Below, one piece after another: positions 1 to 8,959 of a DNA stretch of 64,000 bases (position 1 is its first letter; each line of letters begins with the position of its first letter). Below the pieces are notes generated by a model that made no database searches, was not told where the DNA came from, and worked only from the letters and a program-made list of their open reading frames with translations. The translations under genes were made by a program, and so were the position numbers. The DNA is from Candidatus Nomurabacteria bacterium (GTDB lineage Bacteria > Patescibacteriota > Saccharimonadia > Saccharimonadales > HK-STAS-PATE-42): positions 210,801 through 274,800 of the forward strand of contig CP060233.1 in the NCBI GenBank assembly GCA_023898665.1, in the 5' to 3' direction.

Positions 1-2
1 GG

Positions 3-218
3 ATGTTCCAGCTGTTTGAAGGAGATATTGGGGGGGGTGATGTAAGGCTGCTGACCGTTGTGGCGCTTTTTCTAAACGTAGTTCAGCTTTTAGCGGCAAT
101 AAGCTTAGCATCGGCTGTAGGTATGCTGGTTGCTTGGCAGTTTAAGATTAAGAGAGTTCCGTTTGGGAGTTTGCTGATTGTGGCCTTCTGGCTAAGCTTT
201 TGGATAGTAAGGTTCTAG
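3..218 (+). CDS. C-terminal fragment of a membrane protein (gene begins left of window)
   Basis: ORF is open to the window edge and has hydrophobic helices; no family recognised. Confidence 0.3.
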   Translation: MFQLFEGDIGGGDVRLLTVVALFLNVVQLLAAISLASAVGMLVAWQFKIKRVPFGSLLIVAFWLSFWIVRF

Positions 219-221
219 AGT

Positions 222-725
222 ATGGAAAAGCCGAATGTTTTATATCATGCTTCATCTAATAAGGACATTGAAGTCTTTGAGCCTCGTGCTAATGGGGTAA
301 GAGACATGAGTGAGGGGCCTGTTGTCTTTGCTACGCCAGATAAGGCATTCGCCTCCATATTCTTGGTTAAAACAAATGGTAAATGGGCGAAGATTAGCAG
401 ATGGACAAGCAATGGAGTTACCACACCCTGGCATTTAATCGTTAAGGGTAAAAGAAAATTCAAAAGAAGAGACCATGGTGGGGCAATCTATCACTTACCT
501 TCAGAATCATTTACGTTTGATCCTGATAAGGGAGTAGGAGGGAGTGAGTGGACTAGTAGAAGTGAAATTAGGCCTAGTGGTAAGGATTTGTATGACTCTG
601 GCTTTAGGGCAATGATTGATTACGGTGTTGAAGTTTATTTTGTTGGCAGGCTTACCTTTAGAAAGATAAAAAGATCTGAAGATCATGGATATGAGATTGT
701 ATCTAAGCTTAAGAAGGAGCAATAG
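222..725 (+). CDS. hypothetical protein
   Basis: 167-aa ORF with non-repetitive composition; no motif recognised. Confidence 0.5.
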   Translation: MEKPNVLYHASSNKDIEVFEPRANGVRDMSEGPVVFATPDKAFASIFLVKTNGKWAKISRWTSNGVTTPWHLIVKGKRKFKRRDHGGAIYHLPSESFTFDPDKGVGGSEWTSRSEIRPSGKDLYDSGFRAMIDYGVEVYFVGRLTFRKIKRSEDHGYEIVSKLKKEQ

Positions 726-729
726 AGAT

Positions 730-1188
730 ATGCAAATTGATAAGAATAGACTACTAAAACTTAGTATTGATGCTTTTGATGAAGATGATGAAAGAATTGG
801 TTGGCGACTATTGGCTGAGGACTTAGGTAAAGATCGTGAGGCAGCAGAGCTAATCGAAGAATATATGGAGGTAAATGGGGTTTCGGATAGATGGCTCTGG
901 TTCCACGCAGGACAGTGCTGGGCTTATCTCCAAGATAGTACGAGTCAGAAGCGGGCAGTATATTGTTTTAAGAAATCAATTGAGCCACCATACGATGGTG
1001 ATAGTTATTGGTATAGAAAAGCTACTATTGAGTATTTAGGTAATAATATAAGCTCATTAAGAGATTGTCTTGTTAAGCTTAATGAGGTTGATGATGTAGA
1101 CAATCTGATAAGAATAGTTAAGCTTATGATTCATCAGCTGGAGGAGGAAGGTCGACCTAATTATCGGAAGATGTATGAGTCTCTTTAG
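730..1188 (+). CDS. hypothetical protein
   Basis: ORF trimmed to the ATG at 730 just after the upstream stop; helical, acidic; no family recognised. Confidence 0.45.
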   Translation: MQIDKNRLLKLSIDAFDEDDERIGWRLLAEDLGKDREAAELIEEYMEVNGVSDRWLWFHAGQCWAYLQDSTSQKRAVYCFKKSIEPPYDGDSYWYRKATIEYLGNNISSLRDCLVKLNEVDDVDNLIRIVKLMIHQLEEEGRPNYRKMYESL

Positions 1189-2239
1189 TCGGCTCGTGCT
1201 TGTTGCCGGAGTGGAATTTTTTGTGGACTGATTTTAGGTGGGGGTCTGTGATGTGAGTGTAGACTTGAGTTGTAGCGATGTTGCTGTGACCAAGTAAGCT
1301 TTGAACACTTCTTAAATCTGCTCCATTCATGAGCAAACTGGTAGCAAAACTGTGCCTTAAGGTATGTGGGGTAACCTTTTTGGTAATTCCTGCAGAGAGT
1401 GCGTATTTTTGGATCATGCGCTGAATTGAGCGGGGAGTTAATCTTAATAAATCTCCGGAGGTGTCGACTTTTTTGATCCCTGAAAGTCTAGTAAAGAGAG
1501 GTGGGCTGTTGTCGGTTCTGGTTGCTAAATATTCTTCTACAGTTTGTTTGGCGGAATCTGTTACAAAAACTGGTCTATCTTTTTGCCTTTTTCCGCGGAC
1601 GGTGAATTCGCCGAGTTCTAAATTAACGTGTTCTTTATTAAGCTTAGTAAGTTCAGAGACACGAAGACCTGTTGAGTAGAGTAATTCTAAGATAGCGCGG
1701 TCGCGGAGTCCGGCTGGTTTGGATAAGTCTGGTTGGGCAAATAATCTCTCAAGTTCATCTTGGCTTAAGAAGGTAACTTCTTTTCTAGTGGAATGGGCTA
1801 GCTCAATCTTATCTGGAGCAAGAGCTTCGATATCGACTTTGGCGCAGTATTTTAAGAGATGTCGCAGAGCAATTAGGTGATAATTTCTTGTAGCGACGCT
1901 TAAGTCGCCACCATCTGGGGTTTCTAGTCTGTTTAGCCAAAGTCGATATTTTCGTACAGTATTTGCGGTAAGTTTATTTATAGGCTCATCTCCCCAAAAT
2001 TCGACTAATCGATTTAGGTATAAGTGATAGTTTCTAATAGTGTACTGAGAGCGGTTTTGTTCAATTTCTAAATACTCTAAAAAGTCGACTATTAGTTCAC
2101 TAAGATATGGAGATTTATTTTGCGACATTAGTTTCAGTATACACCCATGACCTATGTCGTCGTCCTCATGTTTTGCTTTGTGGTGAGTCTCGATAGAGCA
2201 GAGATGTTGCTTAAGCTTAACTAGCCTCTGCTCAGACAA
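1157..2239 (-). CDS. tyrosine site-specific recombinase, XerC/XerD family
   Basis: N-terminal SAM-like domain (EYLEIEQNRSQYTIRNY). C-terminal catalytic region RHSFATSLLMNGADLRSVQSLLGHSNIATTQVYTH with R..HxxR..Y. Start uncertain (TTG at 2239 or ATG at 2128). Confidence 0.85.
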   Translation of the reverse strand: MSEQRLVKLKQHLCSIETHHKAKHEDDDIGHGCILKLMSQNKSPYLSELIVDFLEYLEIEQNRSQYTIRNYHLYLNRLVEFWGDEPINKLTANTVRKYRLWLNRLETPDGGDLSVATRNYHLIALRHLLKYCAKVDIEALAPDKIELAHSTRKEVTFLSQDELERLFAQPDLSKPAGLRDRAILELLYSTGLRVSELTKLNKEHVNLELGEFTVRGKRQKDRPVFVTDSAKQTVEEYLATRTDNSPPLFTRLSGIKKVDTSGDLLRLTPRSIQRMIQKYALSAGITKKVTPHTLRHSFATSLLMNGADLRSVQSLLGHSNIATTQVYTHITDPHLKSVHKKFHSGNKHEPTKETHTSSDN

Positions 2240-2300
2240 TTTTTTTGATGGCGGCTTAAGGTTTGTTGCGATGAAATTAGAGAATGGTAAAATTAGGGGA

Positions 2301-3119
2301 ATGAATGCGATAACAGTTTTGCAGGCGATTATTTTGGGTGGAGTTCAGGGCGCTACTGAGTTCCTGCCTGTGAGTAGTTCTGGGCATTTAGTTCTAGTGG
2401 CCGATTTTTTAAATATTCCGAGTACTTTTACATCTGAGACTTTACTTAACTTCGGGACTATTTTGGTCATCTTAATCTTTTTTAGAAAGCAGATCTGGAA
2501 GATTATCTCGGATCTTTTCGATAAGGCCTTAAGCTTAAATCAGAAGAGGGATGTGCTTTTAAAACTTTTTGTTGGAGTGGCTCCAGCAGTAATTATAGGG
2601 ATAGTATTTGGTGATTTTATCGAGCGCAATCTCCATGGGCCAATAACTGTAACAATAATGCTTTTAACGGTTGGGATGTTGATGGTTTTTACTAAGTCTA
2701 ATCATGTTACAAGAGAGAACTTGAACACAAATATTGTTCAAGAGGTTAGTTTTAAGCAAGCTTTAATTGTAGGTTTAGTGCAGCCTTTTGCTTTGATTTC
2801 TGGGACATCAAGATCTGGCATTACGATCCTTGTAGGAATAATGACGGGCATGAAGGTGGAGGTCGCGGCTGCGTTTAGTTTTTTGATTGGGCTTCCTGTA
2901 ATTCTTGGCGCGACACTTAAGCTTAGTGTGAGCTCAGAAGGACGGGATTTTGTAGCCAATCATTTTAGTCAGTTTGTAGCTGGTAACTTAGCGAGCTTTT
3001 TGATTGGTTTAGGGGCAGTTTATTTGTTAATGGATGTTGTTAAAAAGAGAGGCTTGAGGCCTTTTGGTGCCTATAGAGTCATGCTAGGTCTAGCTGTTAT
3101 TGTGTTTGTTTTGCTATAG
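2301..3119 (+). CDS. uppP: undecaprenyl-diphosphate phosphatase
   Basis: GATEFLPVSSSGHL motif, multiple TM helices, SRSG motif. Start moved to the ATG at 2301, which follows an AGGGGA RBS. Confidence 0.9.
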   Translation: MNAITVLQAIILGGVQGATEFLPVSSSGHLVLVADFLNIPSTFTSETLLNFGTILVILIFFRKQIWKIISDLFDKALSLNQKRDVLLKLFVGVAPAVIIGIVFGDFIERNLHGPITVTIMLLTVGMLMVFTKSNHVTRENLNTNIVQEVSFKQALIVGLVQPFALISGTSRSGITILVGIMTGMKVEVAAAFSFLIGLPVILGATLKLSVSSEGRDFVANHFSQFVAGNLASFLIGLGAVYLLMDVVKKRGLRPFGAYRVMLGLAVIVFVLL

Positions 3120-3212
3120 TTATCTTTATTGGAGACTGAAATAGCCCAAAATAAAAATTTAAATTACTCCTACGCCGCTATAAACTATGGAGGAGAAGAA
3201 AGAGAGAAAGTT

Positions 3213-3797
3213 ATGATTGAGAGAACTTTAGTTATTTTAAAACCTGATGCAGTTTCGAGAGGTCTAATGGGAGAGATTGTTTCTCGTTTTGAGAGAGTGG
3301 GCTTAAAGATTGTGGGGGCTAAACTTATCAAGGCTAGTGAGGATCTTGCAAACAAGCATTATCCTAGAGATAGAGAAGAGTTTATCTTGGGAATGGCCCA
3401 GAAAACAGTTGATAACTACAAGGCTCAGGGCAAAGACCTTATGGAAGATCTTGGAACAGAAGATCTTAAAGAGATTGGGCTAATGATTCAGGGCTGGTTG
3501 GTTGATAACTTAACTTCTGGACCAGTATTTGCGTTTGTTATTGAAGGTCCTCATGCAATAGAAGTTGTAAGGAAACTCATAGGTTCAACTCTTCCGCTTA
3601 ATGCTGCTCCGGGCACTATTCGTGGTGATTTCTCTTTTGATTCTTCTGCTCTTGGGAATGAGGGCAAGAGACCTATTAGAAATCTAGTACATGCTTCTGG
3701 TGAAAAAGACGAGGCTGAGTTTGAAGTTAACCTTTGGTTCAGCGAAGAAGAGATTTATGAGTATGAGACAGTTCATCAGCGTATGATGATTCTCTAG
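3213..3797 (+). CDS. ndk: nucleoside diphosphate kinase (longer than usual, with internal insertions)
   Basis: RTLVILKPDAV, GTIRGDF and NLVHASG motifs. Start set at the ATG at 3213 (MIERTL). Confidence 0.85.
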   Translation: MIERTLVILKPDAVSRGLMGEIVSRFERVGLKIVGAKLIKASEDLANKHYPRDREEFILGMAQKTVDNYKAQGKDLMEDLGTEDLKEIGLMIQGWLVDNLTSGPVFAFVIEGPHAIEVVRKLIGSTLPLNAAPGTIRGDFSFDSSALGNEGKRPIRNLVHASGEKDEAEFEVNLWFSEEEIYEYETVHQRMMIL

Positions 3798-3808
3798 GTT
3801 TAATTATT

Positions 3809-3817
3809 TGGTATAAT
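3809..3817 (+). promoter_or_regulatory. extended -10 promoter TGgTATAAT for tRNA-Arg
   Basis: TGGTATAAT lies 14 nt upstream of the tRNA 5' end. Confidence 0.5.
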
Positions 3818-3831
3818 CTTCCTTAAGTTTA

Positions 3832-3907
3832 GCCCCGGTAGCTCAATGGATAGAGCAATTCCGTCCTAAGGAAGAGGTTGTAAGTTCGACTCTTACCCGG
3901 GGCACCA
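3832..3907 (+). tRNA. tRNA-Arg(CCT)
   Basis: 76-nt cloverleaf folded by hand. Acceptor GCCCCGG/CCGGGGC, anticodon loop GTCCTAA, T-arm GTAAG-TTCGACT-CTTAC, encoded CCA. Confidence 0.9.
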
Positions 3908-3922
3908 TTAATAATAGATTTT

Positions 3923-5131
3923 ATGATTGATACTTTAAATTTTCTAACTGAGTCTGATGTCCGTGAAATAATGACAGATCATTACTTGCCGATATATGTG
4001 GTTTCTAAAAGTAAACTAAAAGAATCTGCTCAGACTTTTCTTACTTCAGCGAAGAGACTCCCATATGGTGGAGAGGTTAAGTATGCTTTAAAAGCAAATC
4101 CTCACCCAGAGGTTATCAAGACTCTATGTAGTGAAGGAATTGGTATTGATGCGAGTAGTTACTACGAAGTAAAGCTTGCACTTGAAAATGGAGTTAATGG
4201 CAAAGACATATCTCTAACATCTCAGGAGCTCCCACCATCCGATAAGGAGTTTAGAGAAATTATTGAAGAAGGTGTGAGATTCAATGCGACTAGCTTACAT
4301 CAATTAGATAAATACTTAGAGTTATTCCCAGGCAAAGATGTTGGAGTAAGAATTAATCCTGGAGTAGGAAGTGGCTACAACAAGCGTCTTACTACCGGTG
4401 GAGTATCAGCTAGCTTTGGTATTTGGTATGAGTATATTCCTGAAGTTTTAAATAAAGCAAAAGAGGCAGGTACAAAAATTACTACTTTGCATACTCACAT
4501 AGGTACGGGCACGGATCCAATGGAGTGGGTTTCTGCTCTAGAAACTACTCTAGACCTAGCCGAGAAGTTACCTGATGTGACCTTTGTTTCTATTGGAGGT
4601 GGTTTCAAGGCAGCTTATATGCACGGTCAACATGATGCAGATATGATCAAGATTGCTGAGGTTTTGTCTGATAAATTAGTTAAGTTTAATCAAGACTATA
4701 ATAGAGAACTTAAACTCGAGATTGAACCGGGAAGACTAATGGTAGTTCATGCGGTCTCTTTAGTTTCAAAAATCATTGATAAAACCGATACAGGAAGTGA
4801 TGGGTATAACTTTATTCGAGTAAATACTGGCATGACCGAGATACTGCGCCCAGCAATGTATGGAGCTCAGCATAAATTAATCACGGTCTCGGCGAATGGT
4901 AATAAAAAGCTCGGTGGGATTAAGGAGTTTGTTGTGGCGGGTCATTGCTGTGAGAGTAGTGACTGTTTAACAATGGCACCCGGCAACCCAGAAGAGATTG
5001 AACCTCGAGAATTAGAAGATCCAGAAATTGGAGATTATCTTGTGGTAGAAGAAGCCGGGGCATATTGTTATGGCTTCAGTACTGTAGGGTATAACAGCTT
5101 CCCTCAAGCAGAAGTTGTTTTTGTCGAGTAA
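3923..5131 (+). CDS. lysA: PLP-dependent decarboxylase of the Orn/DAP/Arg family, diaminopimelate decarboxylase-like
   Basis: KYALKANPHPEV (PLP lysine region), SIGGGF, EPGR and GHCCESSD motifs. Confidence 0.7.
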   Translation: MIDTLNFLTESDVREIMTDHYLPIYVVSKSKLKESAQTFLTSAKRLPYGGEVKYALKANPHPEVIKTLCSEGIGIDASSYYEVKLALENGVNGKDISLTSQELPPSDKEFREIIEEGVRFNATSLHQLDKYLELFPGKDVGVRINPGVGSGYNKRLTTGGVSASFGIWYEYIPEVLNKAKEAGTKITTLHTHIGTGTDPMEWVSALETTLDLAEKLPDVTFVSIGGGFKAAYMHGQHDADMIKIAEVLSDKLVKFNQDYNRELKLEIEPGRLMVVHAVSLVSKIIDKTDTGSDGYNFIRVNTGMTEILRPAMYGAQHKLITVSANGNKKLGGIKEFVVAGHCCESSDCLTMAPGNPEEIEPRELEDPEIGDYLVVEEAGAYCYGFSTVGYNSFPQAEVVFVE

Positions 5132-5141
5132 TAAATTAATT

Positions 5142-5639
5142 ATGGATATTGAAATTAGGAAGTGCAAAGAGAAGGATATCGATGTTCTCAAGAGAACTAT
5201 TCCTCGACCAGAGTTCCATGATAAACGTTTTGAATCTCAAGAGAAGGGCGATTCTGAATATTTAGTGGCTTGGCTAGATGATATACCTGTTGGTCATTTA
5301 AACCTTATATTAGTTGGTTCAGGTGAAGAATATGTGAAAGAGAGGCTTGGATTCCTTCCAGAATTGAATGCAATTGGTACTTATCCTGATGAAATGCGTT
5401 CCAAAGGGATTGGTCGAAAACTAATAGAAGAGGCTGAGATGATTTGTAAAAGCTTAGGTTATAAAAAGGTTGGTCTTGCTGTTGATACATCAAATAAAAG
5501 GGCTAGAGAATTATATGAAAGGCTTGGCTACAAAGATGCAGGAATTGGAGAGTTTGACAGTATTTGGTATGAGCAACAAGATGATGGATCTAAACTTGAG
5601 ATTGTAGATCACTGCATATACATGCTTAAGGATCTATAG
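5142..5639 (+). CDS. GNAT family N-acetyltransferase
   Basis: Acetyl-CoA motif RSKGIGRKLIEEAE and ARELYERLGY. Start at the ATG at 5142. Confidence 0.8.
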   Translation: MDIEIRKCKEKDIDVLKRTIPRPEFHDKRFESQEKGDSEYLVAWLDDIPVGHLNLILVGSGEEYVKERLGFLPELNAIGTYPDEMRSKGIGRKLIEEAEMICKSLGYKKVGLAVDTSNKRARELYERLGYKDAGIGEFDSIWYEQQDDGSKLEIVDHCIYMLKDL

Positions 5640-5669
5640 AGTTTATTTTGTGCTAAACTTAAGCTTAAT

Positions 5670-6170
5670 ATGGATGATGAAAGTCAACAGGTTGAGGGTG
5701 GTGCTCATGTAAAACGTGGATCTAAAGAAGTGCTTGCAGTACTGAGAAGGCACTGGGTTGCGCTAGATAAGGGCTTACTTTTTTTAATTATAGGAGCACT
5801 CGCAGTATTTGGAGGGGGGAAGTTAGGAGCTAGGTCTGAGATTATGGTACTTATTATCTCTTTATTTGGGCTATTATTTTTTGGCCAATTCGTGAGTTGG
5901 TGGTTTAGTGTAACTATTTTGAGTAACAGTGGTCTTGAAATCATTTCCCAAAAAGGTCTGTTTAGAAGGGGTGTGGTTGATATCCCCTACGAGAGTATAA
6001 TGAACACAAATTATGCAACAAAAGGACTGGTGCAAGCAGTCTTAGGATTTGGTACAATTGTTATACAGACACAGTCTGGGGATATAGTACTAGAGAAGGT
6101 TAGTAGACCGGCTAAAGTGCATACTCTAGTGACTGCAAACTATAATAAGTTTAGAGGTTTTGATGAATAA
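5670..6170 (+). CDS. membrane protein with bacterial PH (YdbS/YdbT-like) domain
   Basis: Two TM helices followed by a small beta-rich domain; overall pattern resembles the bPH_2 family. Confidence 0.55.
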   Translation: MDDESQQVEGGAHVKRGSKEVLAVLRRHWVALDKGLLFLIIGALAVFGGGKLGARSEIMVLIISLFGLLFFGQFVSWWFSVTILSNSGLEIISQKGLFRRGVVDIPYESIMNTNYATKGLVQAVLGFGTIVIQTQSGDIVLEKVSRPAKVHTLVTANYNKFRGFDE

Positions 6171-7296
6171 GATTAGTGAGGTGGGTAAAAGGGTAGTTAG
6201 AAAAAAATCTACTACTCGCGGCAACGGTACTCCGTCATACGCAAAAACTACTCAGGTGGCGGCACCAATCGATAATCCACAGCTGCAAGAAGCCCTAAGG
6301 GTACACCGAGAAGAGGCTCTTAAACGGGGCAGAAAGCTTAAAAAACCCCTGAAGAAGGCAAGATTCCATGTGATGATGGGATCTCTAGCTGTAATCTTTG
6401 GGTTAGTAGTTTCTTTTTTTATATACAGTTTTTACTTACTACAGGTTAGACAGAGTTACAGTAATTTAGCTTATAGTCTTGCGAGATTAGCTCCTTATGA
6501 CGCCAGTGTTGTTGATGGACATAAAGTCTCTTATGAAGAGTATCTATTTATATTAAAACAAAATGTACATTATTTAGTTGAGTTCAATGGAGTCGGGGCA
6601 GAGAAAATTGATGTAAACACTGAAGATGGAAATAGGATAATTGAGCAAAAAAAGATCGAAGCCTTAGCTCAAGCAGAAGGCTATACTTTTATTAGAGCAA
6701 AAGCAAAAGAGCTGGGCATTAATGTTAGCGATAAAGAAGTTGAAGATGCGATTGATGAGCTGCTAACTTACAGGGGTAACTCTGACAGAGATGAGCTTGC
6801 GACTACTTTAAAAGCTCATTATGGTTGGGAAGTTAGTGATTATGAGAGATTTTATAAAGATGTTTTGTTAAAAAAGAAGGTCTTGGCTAGTTTAGATCAG
6901 AGCGCCAAAAATAATATTAATGCTGCACGGGATAAATTAGCTGCTGGTGCTGTATTTGGTGATGTTGCTAAAGAGCTTTCTCAAGATGAATCAAGTAAGC
7001 TTAATGGTGGTAAGATTGGCCGTATCAATTTAAAGCTTAATAATGCAAACTTTAGCTATACGATTCTAGAAACTTTAAAGAATCTGCCAGAAGGTAGTAA
7101 CTCTGAAGTGGTGATTACTAATGACTCTTTCTATTTGTTTAGAAATACTAAGACATACTCTGAGGATGAAAAAGAGGTTGAGATGATTCGTATTCCGTTT
7201 AAAACAGTAGATGAGTATCTGCAAGATCTTCAGAATCAAGGTAAGATAACTCGTCATATTAAATTTGTAGAGCAAGACGAGGTTCCTCAAGAGTAA
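6160..7296 (+). CDS. membrane-anchored parvulin-type peptidyl-prolyl isomerase (PrsA/SurA-like)
   Basis: N-terminal TM anchor, SurA-N-like helical region, and parvulin signature FGDVAKELSQDESSKLNGGKIG. Confidence 0.7.
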   Translation: MMNKISEVGKRVVRKKSTTRGNGTPSYAKTTQVAAPIDNPQLQEALRVHREEALKRGRKLKKPLKKARFHVMMGSLAVIFGLVVSFFIYSFYLLQVRQSYSNLAYSLARLAPYDASVVDGHKVSYEEYLFILKQNVHYLVEFNGVGAEKIDVNTEDGNRIIEQKKIEALAQAEGYTFIRAKAKELGINVSDKEVEDAIDELLTYRGNSDRDELATTLKAHYGWEVSDYERFYKDVLLKKKVLASLDQSAKNNINAARDKLAAGAVFGDVAKELSQDESSKLNGGKIGRINLKLNNANFSYTILETLKNLPEGSNSEVVITNDSFYLFRNTKTYSEDEKEVEMIRIPFKTVDEYLQDLQNQGKITRHIKFVEQDEVPQE

Positions 7297-7334
7297 CCTA
7301 AAATATTTGCGTCTTTATTATTCTCAGGGGTTGA

Positions 7335-7343
7335 TGGTATAAT
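7335..7343 (+). promoter_or_regulatory. extended -10 promoter TGgTATAAT for tRNA-Asp
   Basis: TGGTATAAT lies 35 nt upstream of tRNA-Asp. Confidence 0.45.
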
Positions 7344-7377
7344 TGTATGTTGAGAAGAGTTAACTTTCTTCTGCTAT

Positions 7378-7453
7378 GGGCTCGTGGTGTAGTGGTTAAC
7401 ATGCCTCCCTGTCACGGAGGAGATCGCCAGTTCGATCCTGGTCGGGCCCGCCA
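7378..7453 (+). tRNA. tRNA-Asp(GTC)
   Basis: Canonical 76-nt cloverleaf. Anticodon arm CCTCC-CTGTCAC-GGAGG, T-arm GCCAG-TTCGATC-CTGGT, encoded CCA. Confidence 0.95.
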
Positions 7454-8959
7454 ATCCGTATTTCGGTTGCTGACATGCAACAAGTTAAGTGGCTCCCTAG
7501 CTGTTAGAGTCACTTTTTTATTGCCTAAAAACCAGTTCGAACCTAGGAATATCATGAGTTGGCGTTTTTCTTGGTCATTAGCCTCTTTGAAGACTTCACC
7601 AAGGTTAACTGCTCCTGAAAAAGTTTCCTTTGCTAGCTCTAGCCACCTGCTGGCGTCTGTTTCTGATTCTTTAAGGAGTTTATTGGTTCTAGCCAGAGTT
7701 TCTTCGTGCTTGGCAGCCCTAAGCTTATAGCGCTCGTCAGTCATTACTCCACTTTCCAGCTTATCGTCCAATATCTCTAATGCTCCCTGAGCCTGTCTCA
7801 TGTCTTTGAGCCAGAGCGGCTTAAAGCGCGCTCGTTCTTTGACGAATTCATTATAGTGTTGGTCCAGCCAGTTTGAGCACTCCTTGCTATCCTTCTCACT
7901 GATCTCATATTCTTGCATGTGAGCCAGCACCTCTGTTTCTATGAGTCGGTCTGCTAGTTGGGGCTCGTTACACTTAATTCTCTTGTTCTTTTTTGTGCAT
8001 GTATAAAATATATATTCGGCTTCACTGCCATTGGCTAGCTTTTTGGGCTTTGTGTAAGCCGTGATATTGAACTTGCACGTTTGGCAAAGCATTAAGCCTT
8101 TGTAGGTATATTGCCTACCTGATGTAGTAGAGGGGTGTTTACCTGAGCTTTTTCTCCATCCCATGGCAATTTGTACCTTGTCATAGGTTTCTACAGATAT
8201 AAGGGGCTTGTAGGCCCCTTGATGCCACTCATCGCCACCATACTTAAACACTCCCGTATAAACACGGCGCTTTAGCATGTCTGCTAGGGTAGGTTTACTT
8301 ATTTGTTTATCTCTCCGAGACTTCAAACCTATATCTATGGCGTGTTTCCATACATCGGTTAGTGTATTGGTACCTGTGCTTGCAAATTCAAAGCATTCTT
8401 GTACTCGCCAGCCTCTTTCTGGATCGGGAGTAATATTACGTGTTTTTGGCCCAAGGATTGAGTTTATATAGCCAAGAGGAGCTGGTCCAGGATATTCACC
8501 ATGATTGCGTTTTTCAACAAAGCTATCTCTTACTTGGTCACTTAGGTCGTCATTATTTTTCTTTGCGAATGTTAGCTCAATTGATAGGAATGCTTTGTCT
8601 GTGGAGGTGTTTCTAAAGACTCGTCCAGGTGTATATATCGCCAGCAAGTCACCGTCATCCATCAGCTGAATGATTTGCCCTGTGTCATATGCATTGCGAC
8701 TCAGGCGGCTGTGGTGCCAAACTGCTATATAGCGAGCTTTATGGTCTCTAATGCCTTGGATCATATCGTTGAATATGGGACGGCCAGGCTTATATGCCGA
8801 TCTTTCCTCCGGTGGTAAAAAAGTGGGGGATAGACCGTTATCGTTAACTACTTGGCGAGTGTTACGATCTTGTTTTTCTAAGGAGTTATACTGCCTGTCT
8901 TCACGATCTTGAGATCGACGAAAGTAGACATAGCACTTAGATTTAGGATGCTCTTCCAT
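7412..8959 (-). CDS. large serine recombinase (integrase)
   Basis: N-terminal resolvase-type catalytic domain (YVYFRRSQDRE...SLEKQ), recombinase domain, and zinc-ribbon Cys pairs (CQTC...CTKK..C) with a coiled-coil tail. ATG at 8959 follows a GGAGG RBS. The 3' end overlaps tRNA-Asp. Confidence 0.9.
   Translation of the reverse strand: MEEHPKSKCYVYFRRSQDREDRQYNSLEKQDRNTRQVVNDNGLSPTFLPPEERSAYKPGRPIFNDMIQGIRDHKARYIAVWHHSRLSRNAYDTGQIIQLMDDGDLLAIYTPGRVFRNTSTDKAFLSIELTFAKKNNDDLSDQVRDSFVEKRNHGEYPGPAPLGYINSILGPKTRNITPDPERGWRVQECFEFASTGTNTLTDVWKHAIDIGLKSRRDKQISKPTLADMLKRRVYTGVFKYGGDEWHQGAYKPLISVETYDKVQIAMGWRKSSGKHPSTTSGRQYTYKGLMLCQTCKFNITAYTKPKKLANGSEAEYIFYTCTKKNKRIKCNEPQLADRLIETEVLAHMQEYEISEKDSKECSNWLDQHYNEFVKERARFKPLWLKDMRQAQGALEILDDKLESGVMTDERYKLRAAKHEETLARTNKLLKESETDASRWLELAKETFSGAVNLGEVFKEANDQEKRQLMIFLGSNWFLGNKKVTLTAREPLNLLHVSNRNTDWRARPGSNWRSPP

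Noticed and set aside
7532-7547. CCAGTTCGAACCTAGG, a near copy of the tRNA-Asp T-arm (CCAGTTCGATCCTGG at 7427-7441), about 100 nt away
   Set aside because: It was tempting as a displaced att or tRNA remnant. It lies inside the recombinase coding region (encoding LGSNWF, echoing PGSNW at the C-terminus), it is short and imperfect, and no flanking tRNA similarity extends it. I treat it as unproven, possibly a small internal duplication.
7347-7730. 127-aa plus-strand ORF
   Set aside because: It reads through tRNA-Asp and is antisense to the serine recombinase 3' end, so it is not credible as a gene.
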